Shown here piece after piece: positions 21,010 through 30,656 of a stretch of 64,000 bases of DNA. Made by a program: the position numbers and the translations under genes. The stretch is taken from positions 64,001-128,000 of the forward strand of contig CAWHAE010000010.1 of the NCBI GenBank assembly GCA_963827235.1, in the 5' to 3' direction. Numbering within the stretch: position 1 is the stretch's first letter; each line of letters opens with the position of its first letter. The notes under the pieces are model-generated. The model did no database searches. It saw only the letters and a program-made list of their open reading frames with translations, and was not told where the DNA came from. Source of the stretch: an uncultured bacterium (GTDB lineage Bacteria > Chloroflexota > UBA5177 > JANWHV01).

Positions 21010-21627
21010 TCATTCCTCCATGTTCTGCGCCGATGGCAGGAGTAGCCCAAGGACAATACGGGCATCAGGGAAGTGCTGGTGAAACCGGTCTGGGTTGAAG
21101 ACCGCCAGCCTGCTCAGGCCGTCCAGCGTCGCAAGGATGGCCGTCACCAGTTGGTCTGGATCGGCAGCGCGGACCTCGCCCACAGCCTGGCCCTCCACGA
21201 TCAGCTGCCTGAGCAGGTCCTGAAACCTGCGACCGATCTGGACGGCCTGTTCCCGCAGGTCGGTCGGCGTGTCCGCGTCGCCAAGCACTTGCGCGAATAG
21301 TTGCGCGAGCTCGGGGCGCGAGCGTCGCGTGTTCACCAACCCTGAGATCAGGGCGACCAGGCGTTCCCTCGGCGTTCCCGATTGCGCCACGAAGCGCTCA
21401 GCGGCGGCTGCGCTTGCTTGCAGGCTCTCCTCGACCAACGCCTGATAGAGTGCCTCTTTGTTGGCGAAGTAGCGATAGGCGAGCCCGTAGCTGACCTCGG
21501 CAGCCGCCGCCACATCGGCCATGGTGGTCGCCCGCCCTTTCTGGGCGAAGACCGTCCAGGCAGATTCCAATATGCGCGCGCGTTGCGCGTCGCGAATCTG
21601 TTGATTGGCTGCAGCCGTCCGCGGCAT
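21010..21627 (-). CDS. TetR/AcrR family regulator
   Basis: TTMADVAAAAEVSYGLAYRYFANKEAL HTH; GGAGG RBS. Confidence 0.92.
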   Translation of the reverse strand: MPRTAAANQQIRDAQRARILESAWTVFAQKGRATTMADVAAAAEVSYGLAYRYFANKEALYQALVEESLQASAAAAERFVAQSGTPRERLVALISGLVNTRRSRPELAQLFAQVLGDADTPTDLREQAVQIGRRFQDLLRQLIVEGQAVGEVRAADPDQLVTAILATLDGLSRLAVFNPDRFHQHFPDARIVLGLLLPSAQNMEE

Positions 21628-21638
21628 GTCTGTCCTCC

Positions 21639-21667
21639 AGTGATGACTGATGAAATCAGTCATCACT
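21639..21667. promoter_or_regulatory. Probable TetR operator (perfect 13-bp inverted repeat)
   Basis: AGTGATGACTGAT-gaa-ATCAGTCATCACT directly upstream of the tetR RBS. Confidence 0.85.
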
Positions 21668-22089
21668 AACATGAGCATATGCGCTCGGCTGTGCGCCGTC
21701 AAGGGCCAGACCAAACAGCCAGCCCGCAGTCAGGGGCAGAACGCCGATGCACGTGTCGGTTAGGCAGCGCGCAGTTTTTCAACTGCTCGTTTCGAGCACA
21801 GTCAGCCGGCTCTGCCAGACAGATGTCGCCATGCACTCGGGTAGCGCTTGCTAGAGCGTACATCGAGCTTCGTGCGTGAACTTCATCTACCCTTTCGATG
21901 ACGGCGACCACGGGCGCGTCGATTGCGGGTCAAGCGTCCGCCGCGCTCAGCGCGAAGAACTTGGGGCGCGGTGGCAACCCACCACGGTGTTGCACGTAGT
22001 CTGTCTAGGGCTCGCATGCCGGTGCCTGGTAGCACACAGGCAGGTACGTGGCTCACTATCGGTTACAACATGACCGGGAGAACATCACC

Positions 22090-22533
22090 ATGAACAAGAC
22101 GAACGCGAGCTACAGCATCGTTTTGCACGGCAAGCGGACGACGGAGCACTACTACCGAGACCAATCTGGCTGGTTGAAGGTGAGCACTCGCGGCCGTGTC
22201 TTCCGGGCGACGGCCGAGCAGGTGCTCAACCACCTTCTTCCTGCCTTGGCGCTCGGTGGGGAACTGGGGTTGACCATACAGGTCCAGCACTACGACTCTC
22301 CCTACTGGCAGACCGTTGCCGATCTCGATGCAGCCGGAGAGCGAGAGCAGATCCCGCTCCAACACCGCCACAAACGCGCGGTAGGCGCGGTAGCATCGCC
22401 GGAACCCATCCAAGGTCGCGGCGAAGCAGGAGCTGTTTGCCGCGACGCTGTCCGCACCACGGCCTCCTCGGCAGCAGCGGCACCGCAGCGCAGGGCTAAA
22501 TGCGTCTCCGCCGGATGCCGCAAGCCCGAGTAG
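22090..22533 (+). CDS. Hypothetical protein; first ~85 aa look coding, the tail may be read-through
   Basis: GGGAG RBS; globular N-terminal part ...STRGRVFRATAEQVLNHLLPAL... Confidence 0.45.
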   Translation: MNKTNASYSIVLHGKRTTEHYYRDQSGWLKVSTRGRVFRATAEQVLNHLLPALALGGELGLTIQVQHYDSPYWQTVADLDAAGEREQIPLQHRHKRAVGAVASPEPIQGRGEAGAVCRDAVRTTASSAAAAPQRRAKCVSAGCRKPE

Positions 22534-22781
22534 ATCTGGCTGAGATTGTCGCGCTCATCGCGCGTGACGATCCCAACGCCGCAGAGCGAGTCTACGACCG
22601 CATCTTTGCGACCGCCGCGCTGCTCCTCGAGCAGCGGGCGCTGGGGCGACCAGGGTGCGTGGACGGTACACGCGAGCTTGTTGTACCGAACACCCCATAC
22701 GTTGTGCCCTATCGCAGGCGCAAGGGCGTGGTACAACTCCTCGCCGTCATCCACTCAAAACGTGCCTTTGCTGCGGGCTGA
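22500..22781 (+). CDS. RelE/ParE family toxin
   Basis: ARVDLAEI...GRPGCVDGTRELVV..TPYVVPYR...LAVIH. Confidence 0.85.
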   Translation: MRLRRMPQARVDLAEIVALIARDDPNAAERVYDRIFATAALLLEQRALGRPGCVDGTRELVVPNTPYVVPYRRRKGVVQLLAVIHSKRAFAAG

Positions 22782-22816
22782 CCTTTCGGACATGCGGCGC
22801 AGGCCCGCGGTCGCCG

Positions 22817-23155
22817 TCAGTTGGACGATACGCCAGCGTGCCAGAGGTCCGCGATCCGCTCGTTGGCGCGTCCCGGTACAGGCCGCCGTGATAGCAGATG
22901 ACCGAGGCGACATCGAATGGAGCCAGGCGGCCGAGTGATGCACGCGCCTGTTGGACATCGAGGCTCTGGGCGGGCACGGAGGAGCGCAGCACACCTTCAT
23001 GCACATTCAGGGCATCGCCGGCGATCAGCGTCCGGCCCTGCGCGAGATAGAGGCAGACATGCCCGACCGTGTGACCCGGTGTGGGGATCACGGTGATGCC
23101 GCCGCACAAAAGGAGCGTCTCGCCGCCTGCGAGCGAGCGCGTCACCCGCACGTGC
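22817..23155 (-). pseudogene. C-terminal remnant of an MBL-fold metallo-hydrolase
   Basis: TPGHTVGH, LIAGDAL, CYHGG; the HxHxDH N-terminal half is missing. Confidence 0.8.
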
Positions 23156-23625
23156 TGGCCTACGAGGCAATTCGCGACGTCATGCTGCATGACGCGACGA
23201 TCGCTGAGCGGAGCCGTGAGACTGGGATGGACCGCGGGAGCGTAGCGGAGAAGGCCCGCCGCTTCGTGCAGCACGCCATGCGCGGTCTGATTGACCAGCG
23301 GATCGGGCCCAAGGAGAGCCAACTGCCCTACCCAGCGTTGGTCGCCGGGTACATTCTGTATCTGAAGCAGCTCTACCCCGCGATACATGACCGCGAAAGC
23401 GTGCGCATTGTCGGGCGCAAGTACGGGTGCAAGACGAACCACCACACCGTCCGGTTGTTTCTTCGACGCCATCCTATCCCCGTGCGATTGCCGCTGCCAA
23501 TCACACGCTTCCACGCATTCGAGGATGCCTATCAGGCGAGCTGGACGGTCGTCCGCCTCTTCTTATGAGGGCTGGCATCAGCAGAACATCGCCAACTTCC
23601 TCGGGCTCTCGCGGCAACATGTGAG
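23152..23625 (+). mobile_element. HTH-rich transposase remnant (IS481-like N-terminal region), frameshifted
   Basis: YEAIRDVML...ARRFVQHAMRGLID...ILYLKQLYP...HHTVRLFL...YEGWHQQNIANFLGLSRQHV. Confidence 0.55.
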
Positions 23626-25156
23626 CGAGCCCGCTTCCCTCGCGCTCCACCGGCGATGACCCTGCCTGTTGCGCGGCCGTGGTGCCGGGCGGAGAGTCGA
23701 GCGAGCCGGTTTCCTGCGTGCAATCGGTGTAGAGATAGGTGGTAGCCGCGGCGGTGCGCCGCGCCCACGGACTCGTGATGACCAGGGCAAGCACGACGAC
23801 AGCCGCGCCGTAGCCGGCAGTGACCCACCAGCTCGGGTGACTCGCCGCGGCAAGGCCCGTGCGTAACGGCCCGTGCAGATTGGAGGCGAGCACGGAGCCG
23901 GAGATGGCGACGCCGAGAGCCATGCCCACCTGACGGCCGGTCGAGACGATCGCCGCTGCCACACCTGCCTGCGTGCGCGGCATGCCGGCAAGAGCCGTGG
24001 TGTTCACGGGGGCGCTGACCAGGCCGAAGCCCAGGCCAAAGACCGCATACGAGGCGAGGAGCAGGCCGATGGGCGTGCTTGCGGTCAATGCGGTGAGCAG
24101 CACGGCGCTCAGTGCCAGCGCCAGGCCGGACCCCAGCAGCGACAGGCGCGGCCCGCGCCAGGCTACCAGCCGGCCGGAGAGCGGTCCGGCGATCAGGGTT
24201 GCGACTGCCACCGGCAGGGTCAGCAAGCCGGCATGCAACGCGGAGTAGCCGCGCACCTCCTGCAAATAGAGGGTATTGACCAGCGCAAAACCGCCGATTG
24301 CCGCGAAGGCGGCAAGCGCGATCGCCGTGGCTCCGGAGAACGGCACGCCGGCGAAGTAGCGCACATCGAGCAGAGGCTCGACCTGCCGTGGCTCGTAGAC
24401 GACAAGCGCGATGAGACCGGCGGCGGAGAAGGCGAAGCAGCCGAGGATCAGCGCCGAGGTCCACCCGTCCTGCGGTCCCTGGATGATCGCGTAGGTCAGC
24501 GTGACGAGCGTCGCGATAACCAGCACCTGGCCCACGGGATCGATGCGCCGCGGGTGAGGCGCCCTGGATTCTGGCACGAAGCGGACGACGAGAATGAGTG
24601 CGGCCAGCCCGACGGGCAGGTTGATCCAGAAGACGGATCGCCAGCCCAGCGATGCCCCGATGAGCAATCCGCCGATCACCGGCCCGAGCGCCATGCTGAG
24701 CCCGAACACGCCGGCCCAGACGCCGATGGCGCGGGCGCGCGCCTTCTGATCGGTGAACACGTTGCTGATGATGGACAGGGCCACCGGGTTGAGCATGGAG
24801 CCGCCGATGCCCTGGATCATGCGGAAGGCGATCAGCCAGCCCACGCTGGGGGCCAGGCTGCACAGCACCGATCCGGCGGTGAACACGGCCAGGCCGGCCT
24901 GGAAGACCAGTCGTCGCCCAAAGCGGTCCGCCATCGACCCGGCCAGAATCAGCAAGCTGCCCAGGACCAGGGCGTAGGCGTCGATCGTCCATTGCAGCGA
25001 AGAGACGCCGGCGTGCAGATCCTGCTGGATGGTCGGCAGGGCGATGTTGACGATCGTGCTGTCCATGCCCACGACGAAGAGGCTCACACAGCAGATCGCC
25101 AGGATGAAAAGCCGCCGTCGATCACTGAGCTCCGGTTGCGGCGCACCACCGATCAT
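23501..25156 (-). CDS. DHA2 (EmrB/QacA-like, 14-TM) MFS efflux transporter
   Basis: DSTIVNIALP, GSMADRFGRR, FRMIQGIG, WRSVFWINLPVG; the C-terminal tail runs into the transposase remnant. Confidence 0.92.
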   Translation of the reverse strand: MIGGAPQPELSDRRRLFILAICCVSLFVVGMDSTIVNIALPTIQQDLHAGVSSLQWTIDAYALVLGSLLILAGSMADRFGRRLVFQAGLAVFTAGSVLCSLAPSVGWLIAFRMIQGIGGSMLNPVALSIISNVFTDQKARARAIGVWAGVFGLSMALGPVIGGLLIGASLGWRSVFWINLPVGLAALILVVRFVPESRAPHPRRIDPVGQVLVIATLVTLTYAIIQGPQDGWTSALILGCFAFSAAGLIALVVYEPRQVEPLLDVRYFAGVPFSGATAIALAAFAAIGGFALVNTLYLQEVRGYSALHAGLLTLPVAVATLIAGPLSGRLVAWRGPRLSLLGSGLALALSAVLLTALTASTPIGLLLASYAVFGLGFGLVSAPVNTTALAGMPRTQAGVAAAIVSTGRQVGMALGVAISGSVLASNLHGPLRTGLAAASHPSWWVTAGYGAAVVVLALVITSPWARRTAAATTYLYTDCTQETGSLDSPPGTTAAQQAGSSPVEREGSGLAHMLPREPEEVGDVLLMPALIRRGGRPSSSPDRHPRMRGSV

Positions 25157-25869
25157 CGCACTATCCTCCGCCTGTTGGCCGGGCGGCCCGAGCGAGGCGC
25201 AAGAGCGGGCTGAGGCGAAAGGTACCCGCGAGCCAGCGCCATGCTCGCTGTGATCCAGCGGTCGCGATCCCCGCCGGCCAGTACGGCGTCGGCGGCCGCG
25301 TGCACAGCGGCAAAGAGCAGCACGCCGCCGGCCACGGCGTCCACGGGGCCGAAGCAGTCTTCGGTGATGCCGCGGGCGATCAGCGCCGCGAGCAGCGCGG
25401 GACCCGCCTGCGCTTCTTCGACCGGCCGCTCCGGCAGGGGTGAGTGGAAGATGAGCGCGTGGTGCCGCTTGAAGGCAAGCGAGATGTCGATGAACCGGCC
25501 GCACTGCTCTTCGAGCACGGCCCAGTAGTCAAGCGGACCCGGGGCGGCGAGTGCGGTCCGGATCGGTGCGCTGCACTCCTCTATCAGGTGGTCGCGCACG
25601 GTGGCCAGCATGTGCTCCCAGGAAGGGAAGTAGACATAGAAGGTGCCCTTGGCAGCATCCGCCTCCCTGGTGACGTCCGCGACCCAGTTGCCCTCGTCGA
25701 CGCCGGCGCGCAGCAGCCGGACGGCGGCATCGACGAGTTCTGCACGCCGCGCGTCGGGCAGCAGCCGCCGGCGGTGTCTGGCGCTCGAAGCTGCTGCCGA
25801 TCCGCTCCCGCACGTGGTGGCCGCGGCGTGCGACGATGTGTGCCCGTCCGTGTGCGTGATGTCGTTCAT
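25153..25869 (-). CDS. TetR/AcrR family regulator
   Basis: VADVTREADAAKGTFYVYFPS HTH; ATGA overlap with the MFS gene. Confidence 0.88.
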   Translation of the reverse strand: MNDITHTDGHTSSHAAATTCGSGSAAASSARHRRRLLPDARRAELVDAAVRLLRAGVDEGNWVADVTREADAAKGTFYVYFPSWEHMLATVRDHLIEECSAPIRTALAAPGPLDYWAVLEEQCGRFIDISLAFKRHHALIFHSPLPERPVEEAQAGPALLAALIARGITEDCFGPVDAVAGGVLLFAAVHAAADAVLAGGDRDRWITASMALARGYLSPQPALAPRSGRPANRRRIVR

Positions 25870-25897
25870 TCCCGTGTCTTCCGCAAAGGGGTATGAC

Positions 25898-25934
25898 TAA
25901 TGACCTTGAGTCATTATATACTGACCCCAGGTCA
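25898..25934. promoter_or_regulatory. Tandem TGAC-N5-GTCA palindromes, probable TetR operators
   Basis: TAATGAC-cttga-GTCATTA (25898-25916) and TGACC-cca-GGTCA (25922-25934) upstream of tetR. Confidence 0.75.
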
Positions 25935-26164
25935 CTTCGCAAGAGAGACCAAAGGCGCTGCTCGGGGTGTGTCATGCTCAATATGCCGGGGGATGTCAAC
26001 CGTCCCACCTCTGGATTGGCCACGAGCGCTGAAGAGGTTTGGGTCTCGGAGTTGCGAGCAACCTCGTCGATATCGTGCTTGGCAGCCCGGCCCGATCCAG
26101 GTTCTACTTGGTGAGTACGAGTGTGCTATTTGACAGGCATGACAACTGCCAGGGGGAGTGTACT

Positions 26165-26437
26165 ATGCGATATCTCGTGAAGGTTCGCGTTGACGTAGCG
26201 AAGATGGCCGAATTCGGACGTGCACTCCAGAGTGGTGAGCTGGACCGAAGCTGCATTCGGGGAGAGACCCACTGTCTCTTGGAGGACCCGGCGGTCGGAT
26301 TCAGCGTATGGGAAGCTGAAAGCAGAGACGAGTTTGAGCGGCGATTTACTGGATGGCGTCCTTTCTATTCCGAAGTAGACTTCCGCCAAGTCGTGAGTCC
26401 TGGCGAGGCGATGGTCCTGCTCATGAAGCCTGACTAG
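26165..26437 (+). CDS. Small hypothetical protein, probable dimeric alpha/beta-barrel fold
   Basis: GGGGAG RBS; MRYLVKVRV...GFSVWEAES..E pattern. Confidence 0.65.
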   Translation: MRYLVKVRVDVAKMAEFGRALQSGELDRSCIRGETHCLLEDPAVGFSVWEAESRDEFERRFTGWRPFYSEVDFRQVVSPGEAMVLLMKPD

Positions 26438-27332
26438 GAGACGCAGTCTGGCAAGTAATCCGAGGTCGCAGTTTGCCGCCAGTGCATCGCCGTGCCACTT
26501 GCGCTCGGCGCGGGCGCCTTGCTGAGCTTGGTCGGAGCGCTACCGACTCGGCGGTCCATGCGCTGCGCGTGAACTAACAACCGGCAATTGCACACGTTAG
26601 CCTGCCTGATTCTCCGCCGCCGGGTCAGCGTCGGAATCGAGGAGACACACCGACACCTGGATTGTGCATCCCGACGGGTCCCGCGGCCGAAACGGGCCCA
26701 AAGAGCCACTATAGTCTGACCATTTCCTAGAGGCCATCGCCCGGGCTGGGGAGCCCGATACGCATGGGGAACGCCTGGATACGCGCGTCTCAGGATCGTG
26801 TGCACCCACGTGGAAGGCGGTTGCGGCGGAGCGTCGACGCTAGACCTGCTCAGCGTGCGGCGGACCGTACACCGCTATAGTGCAGTTGCATAGTTGGCCA
26901 AATGCCGATCAAGGTGACAGTGCGCACTCTCACCGGCAGAGACCAGCGCCGTACTTGGGCTGGCAGCGACCGCGGCCCGGGGGCTAGCAGTGCCCTTTTT
27001 GGTGCCCGACATTGACCAACTTGAATCCTTTGAGTGGGTGGTGATCGAAGTGGGCGACGCGCAGTTTGCCGGGCACAACGATATCTCAACCTTGGCGCTG
27101 TGGAATGCACTGCTGGATGCCGCGACCACCCAGCACGTTCGAGAGATCAGGTGACTCGCAAGTCAAGTCGGCTTCGCCAGCAACATCCAATCATCTGAGC
27201 GGGTCCAATACGTCGGGCGGGCGGCGAGCAGGTGCCACCACGGCTCGGCCGGATGGCTGCCGGCCAGATGCAGGGAGAGTTCTAGCTGCGCAACCGCTCC
27301 TTCGGCTGCCAGCCTCCGGCTTCAGCCCAAGG

Positions 27333-27378
27333 CGGTTCAGATAAGCGGGAAACAGGCTCGGGCCAGGGGACGGGCGGG
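27333..27378. repeat. 46-bp dispersed motif, copy A (B at 27509-27554, C at 62737-62782)
   Basis: cggttcagataagcgggaaacaggctcgggccaggggacgggcggg. Confidence 0.8.
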
Positions 27379-27508
27379 CTCTAGTTGGAAACGTTCTATG
27401 GCATGGCGCTGCAGCCGGGCGAGTCGACGAAGGGATGGGGCACAGGGCCTGCGGTTGCGATCGCATGGCAGCAGCGGGGGGACTGCGGTCCCGGGTGGAG
27501 CGCCAAGA

Positions 27509-27554
27509 CGGTACGGATAGGCGGGAAACAGGCTCGGCCCACGGGACGAGCGGG
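27509..27554. repeat. 46-bp dispersed motif, copy B
   Basis: cggtacggataggcgggaaacaggctcggcccacgggacgagcggg, ungapped match to copy A. Confidence 0.8.
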
Positions 27555-27968
27555 CTGAGTTGGCGCACCTGATGGAGCGTAATGCCGTCGAGGACCTTCT
27601 TGTGTCAGTTGATGGAAAGTCCGTAGGCGAGATCGCGCGGGAGGTGTTGGTGCGCACGTACTGGCTTGACGAACCGCAGCGTCGATAGACACCGCCGCTT
27701 CCACAGCGGTGCAGGTCGAGCAGGCTGCGAAGACACCGCGTACCGCCCGTGACACGAGCACAGCATGATCTGTGTACTGCCCGATGCCATCGCATGGGGA
27801 CGGCGCCCGCGCGGGCACAAGCGCCTGAGCGGCGCAGGAGGAGCGATCGTGCGCCGCTTGGCCTGCCAGGCGATGACACGCACGGGATCGCTGAGCTATC
27901 TCATGGGAATCAACCATACTGCAACGAGAACACAGTCACCAGCGCCGATTTCTGCCTTTTTCGTTCCG

Positions 27969-27996
27969 TTGACTATTACAGATGGCGTGCTAGTAT
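27969..27996 (+). promoter_or_regulatory. Sigma70-type promoter for 28109-28748
   Basis: TTGACT-N16-TAGTAT with an extended TGn -10. Confidence 0.55.
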
Positions 27997-28108
27997 GCGA
28001 TATGACTCGTCCCAATGCGTGATTCGACAGTCCATCACCGGGATTGCATTGGGTTGGTGAGCGAGCCTCACGCTTACGTCAAGGTTTCCGATCAGGAGGG
28101 TACCTCGT

Positions 28109-28447
28109 ATGAGCGAGAAACAAGAGACAGAACCGAAAGGACGCAGGACGGAGCCACAACGACATGACGTCGACGAACTCTTTGAGGTTGGCGGACGGGA
28201 GGTGGTTCTGAAGGGAACGTCGGGGTTAGCGAAGGAACCGCCCCGTGTTGTCGAAGGCCGGCCCATTCGGCACGATATCGTCGTCGGGGGTCGAACCATC
28301 TCCGCAGCAGGGACATCCGGGGCCAGCCAGGTAGAAGCTCGTACAGCCTCAGGGCGACCGCTTCAGCACAGACCCGCCGCTCAGGACCGTGCGGTCGCAC
28401 CCACCGGGAGCGGCAATATCATCGGTGGCCCGATCCGCCGCGCCTGA
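28109..28447 (+). CDS. Hypothetical protein (112 aa, charged and low-complexity)
   Basis: Strong AGGAGG RBS; first gene of a two-gene unit. Confidence 0.6.
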   Translation: MSEKQETEPKGRRTEPQRHDVDELFEVGGREVVLKGTSGLAKEPPRVVEGRPIRHDIVVGGRTISAAGTSGASQVEARTASGRPLQHRPAAQDRAVAPTGSGNIIGGPIRRA

Positions 28448-28475
28448 TTACCACTAGAGCACTCGGAGGAAGGCG

Positions 28476-28748
28476 ATGCAAGTATGGACATGGGACGGCT
28501 GGGGCAGTGGAACGTTCGATATCGCATTCCCTTTCGGGACGAACGTTATCAACCGTCATTCCCATTGCGTCGTTTCGCTTTGTGAGCTTTCGCAGCCGCA
28601 AGGTGAACCGCTCGACTACCCCTTCATGGGCGCGGCGACGATGACGGTGCACAACGTCGTGCCCGGGGACGATGGTGTGCTAAAGGTGCGATTCGAGATT
28701 GATTGGGGCAGCACGCTGCAATGGCGTGCCACGTTTTTCATCGACTGA
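28476..28748 (+). CDS. Hypothetical protein (90 aa, aromatic, beta-rich)
   Basis: GGAGG RBS; globular composition; 28 bp after the previous gene. Confidence 0.7.
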   Translation: MQVWTWDGWGSGTFDIAFPFGTNVINRHSHCVVSLCELSQPQGEPLDYPFMGAATMTVHNVVPGDDGVLKVRFEIDWGSTLQWRATFFID

Positions 28749-28941
28749 CTCTGTTGGCACATTGCTAGGGGCAACCCAATCCGTCGGGGCGCAGACACGT
28801 GGCGGTGCCGCTCGGGAACGCCGTCGGCTTTTGCCGGAACTCGTGGATAGCGCTCCACGATCTACTGAGCCAACAGCGCACAAGATTACCCCAGCAGTAG
28901 GTTTCTGACGCGGAGCTGATGGAGCCGTCGAGCGCCATCAG

Positions 28942-28981
28942 CGCCCCCGCCGCCGCCGGTCCGACGGCGGCGGCGGGGGCG
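28942..28981. terminator. Perfect 17-bp GC hairpin between convergent genes
   Basis: cgcccccgccgccgccg-gtccga-cggcggcggcgggggcg; no U-tract. Confidence 0.5.
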
Positions 28982-29191
28982 GGACTGATGCTCATCACGT
29001 GTAGTCTCCGAGGGCGGACACTTCCGGCGCGAAGCTGCCGGCACCGCGGGAGCAGCACGGCCGGATGACGCCGGGGCAAACATGCCGTCGACGCGACCGC
29101 TGGACTCGCACCCAACGGCGCTGCGCTACGCGGTGAAACACGCACGGGCGGAATGAATTCCGCACTTGGCGGGCGGTGAGGCTCCCCGCGC

Positions 29192-29375
29192 TGAAGCGCA
29201 GGGCATCGGGAGCAGCGGCGTCGCGGTGAAGCGCAGGGCATCGGGAGCAGCGGTGTCGCAGTGATGGGCGGGGCATCAGGAGCAGCGGTGTCGTGGTGAC
29301 GGGCGGGGTATCGGAAGCGGCGGCGTGGCGGCGAAGCGCGGGGCATCGGGAGCGGCGGCGTGGCGCGGGGCATCG
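29192..29375. repeat. Non-coding tandem repeat, about 5 copies of a 35-bp unit
   Basis: Units start at 29192, 29227, 29262, 29297 and 29332; consensus tgaagcgcrgggcatcgggagcagcggygtcgcgg; no spacers. Confidence 0.9.
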
Positions 29376-29468
29376 TCGCGGCGTGTGGATCTCGTGGTGG
29401 CCTCACTACAGGACGGCACCCAAACCGCGCGACGATGGCTGGTGGGTGAGGCACGGCCGGCGGCCGCC

Positions 29469-30089
29469 TCAAGTCTGGTAGTACTTGACGCCGCGCCGCC
29501 GGCGAGAATCCTCGACGATGACCTGCAGATCATCAGGCGAGTAGTCGTTTTCGTGCAATCCCGAGAACATCTCCTGCTTGCTCACGTCCAGGCGAATGTA
29601 GCCCGGCAGGGGCAGTGCGTACCGCACGAGCATCGTCGCTTCCCGCTCCACGATCATGATCGTGCGCGCCCGCTGGTCCTCCAGCTTGTTGCCGACCGAT
29701 CGCAGCGTCTCCTCATAGCCGAGCGGGCAGATCGGGTGCAGTGTTTTCTCATCGACCACCGGTTCTGCCACTGCCTCACGGCGGTGAAAAGGATTGAGGC
29801 GCAGCCGCCTTGCGGCCGCCGCACGCTGCTCCTGTTCCAGTAGCTCGGACTGGCGCGCCTGCTTCATTGCCTTGATGGATTCGACCAGGGCAGGTATCTG
29901 CTTGAACTCGATGGTACCGCTCATCGCATGGGCCGGGTCGTCGAGCTTGAAACACTGCCAGACGAAGCCGTCCTCCACTTCGGCGATCGTGATGTAGCGT
30001 GCCGACAGCGTGTCGAGATGGGCGCCGATAGGCCGCAAGAGATGCCCGTACCGTTTGTGTCCGTCCGGCCGCACGCCAAACTCAGGCAC
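29469..30089 (-). CDS. Hypothetical protein with two copies of a Y-x3-LR-x-hG-x2-L[DE] domain; paralog of 30093-30656
   Basis: YGHLLRPIGAHLD and YEETLRSVGNKLE; linker PICPLGYE. Confidence 0.8.
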   Translation of the reverse strand: MPEFGVRPDGHKRYGHLLRPIGAHLDTLSARYITIAEVEDGFVWQCFKLDDPAHAMSGTIEFKQIPALVESIKAMKQARQSELLEQEQRAAAARRLRLNPFHRREAVAEPVVDEKTLHPICPLGYEETLRSVGNKLEDQRARTIMIVEREATMLVRYALPLPGYIRLDVSKQEMFSGLHENDYSPDDLQVIVEDSRRRRGVKYYQT

Positions 30090-30092
30090 TTC

Positions 30093-30656
30093 TCACCGTC
30101 CTTTGCGGTCCAGGATCGGCCCACCGGCCGAGTCCGCGACGTCCCGGGCGGCGATGCGCCGCATAGCTAGCGGCAAGTCTTGCAGGGACTTCGGCCCGAC
30201 CCGGCGCCCATAGGCCCTGGCGAGGGCGACCTCGATGGCGTCCGGTGTGTAGAACGCCTCGAAGCGCCGCACCACGTTGTCGTCGTTGTAGGCGCTGTAC
30301 GAGACGAGGATGCCGGCGCTGAGCTCCACGATACGGACCAGAATGGCGCCCGCCATGTCCAGCTCGTAGCCCAGGGCGCGGAAGAAGTCCTCGTAACCCG
30401 TCGGGCAGAGCGGCGGGCGGGGCGGCTCCTTTTGCTCGGTGCTGCGATGCTCACGGTAGCGATCGATCAACGCCGCCACGTCGTCGAGCGGCACCTCGAT
30501 GGCATCCGGTGCCAGGTCTCCGCTCGCGCCTTGAAGGGCCCGGACCACGAACCCCTCGGGCATCTCGTACAAGAGGACGTGACGGTAGACCTGCCCGTCG
30601 AGGAAGTGCCCGATCGCTCGCAGCGATTCCTGGTAGGTTGGCCGTTGCTCGTCCAT
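30093..30656 (-). CDS. Hypothetical protein with two copies of the same domain
   Basis: YQESLRAIGHFLD and YEDFFRALGYELD; linker PLCPTGYE; 3-bp gap to the downstream paralog. Confidence 0.8.
   Translation of the reverse strand: MDEQRPTYQESLRAIGHFLDGQVYRHVLLYEMPEGFVVRALQGASGDLAPDAIEVPLDDVAALIDRYREHRSTEQKEPPRPPLCPTGYEDFFRALGYELDMAGAILVRIVELSAGILVSYSAYNDDNVVRRFEAFYTPDAIEVALARAYGRRVGPKSLQDLPLAMRRIAARDVADSAGGPILDRKGR

Noticed and set aside
26900-27200. Lower-GC stretch with coding-like translation on the plus strand (...VPFLVPDIDQLESFEWVVIEVG...)
   Set aside because: Interrupted by a frameshift and a stop, with no recognisable family; at most another remnant
29192-29375. Possible CRISPR array (35-bp repeats)
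   Set aside because: Units are contiguous with no unique spacers, and there are no cas genes in the window
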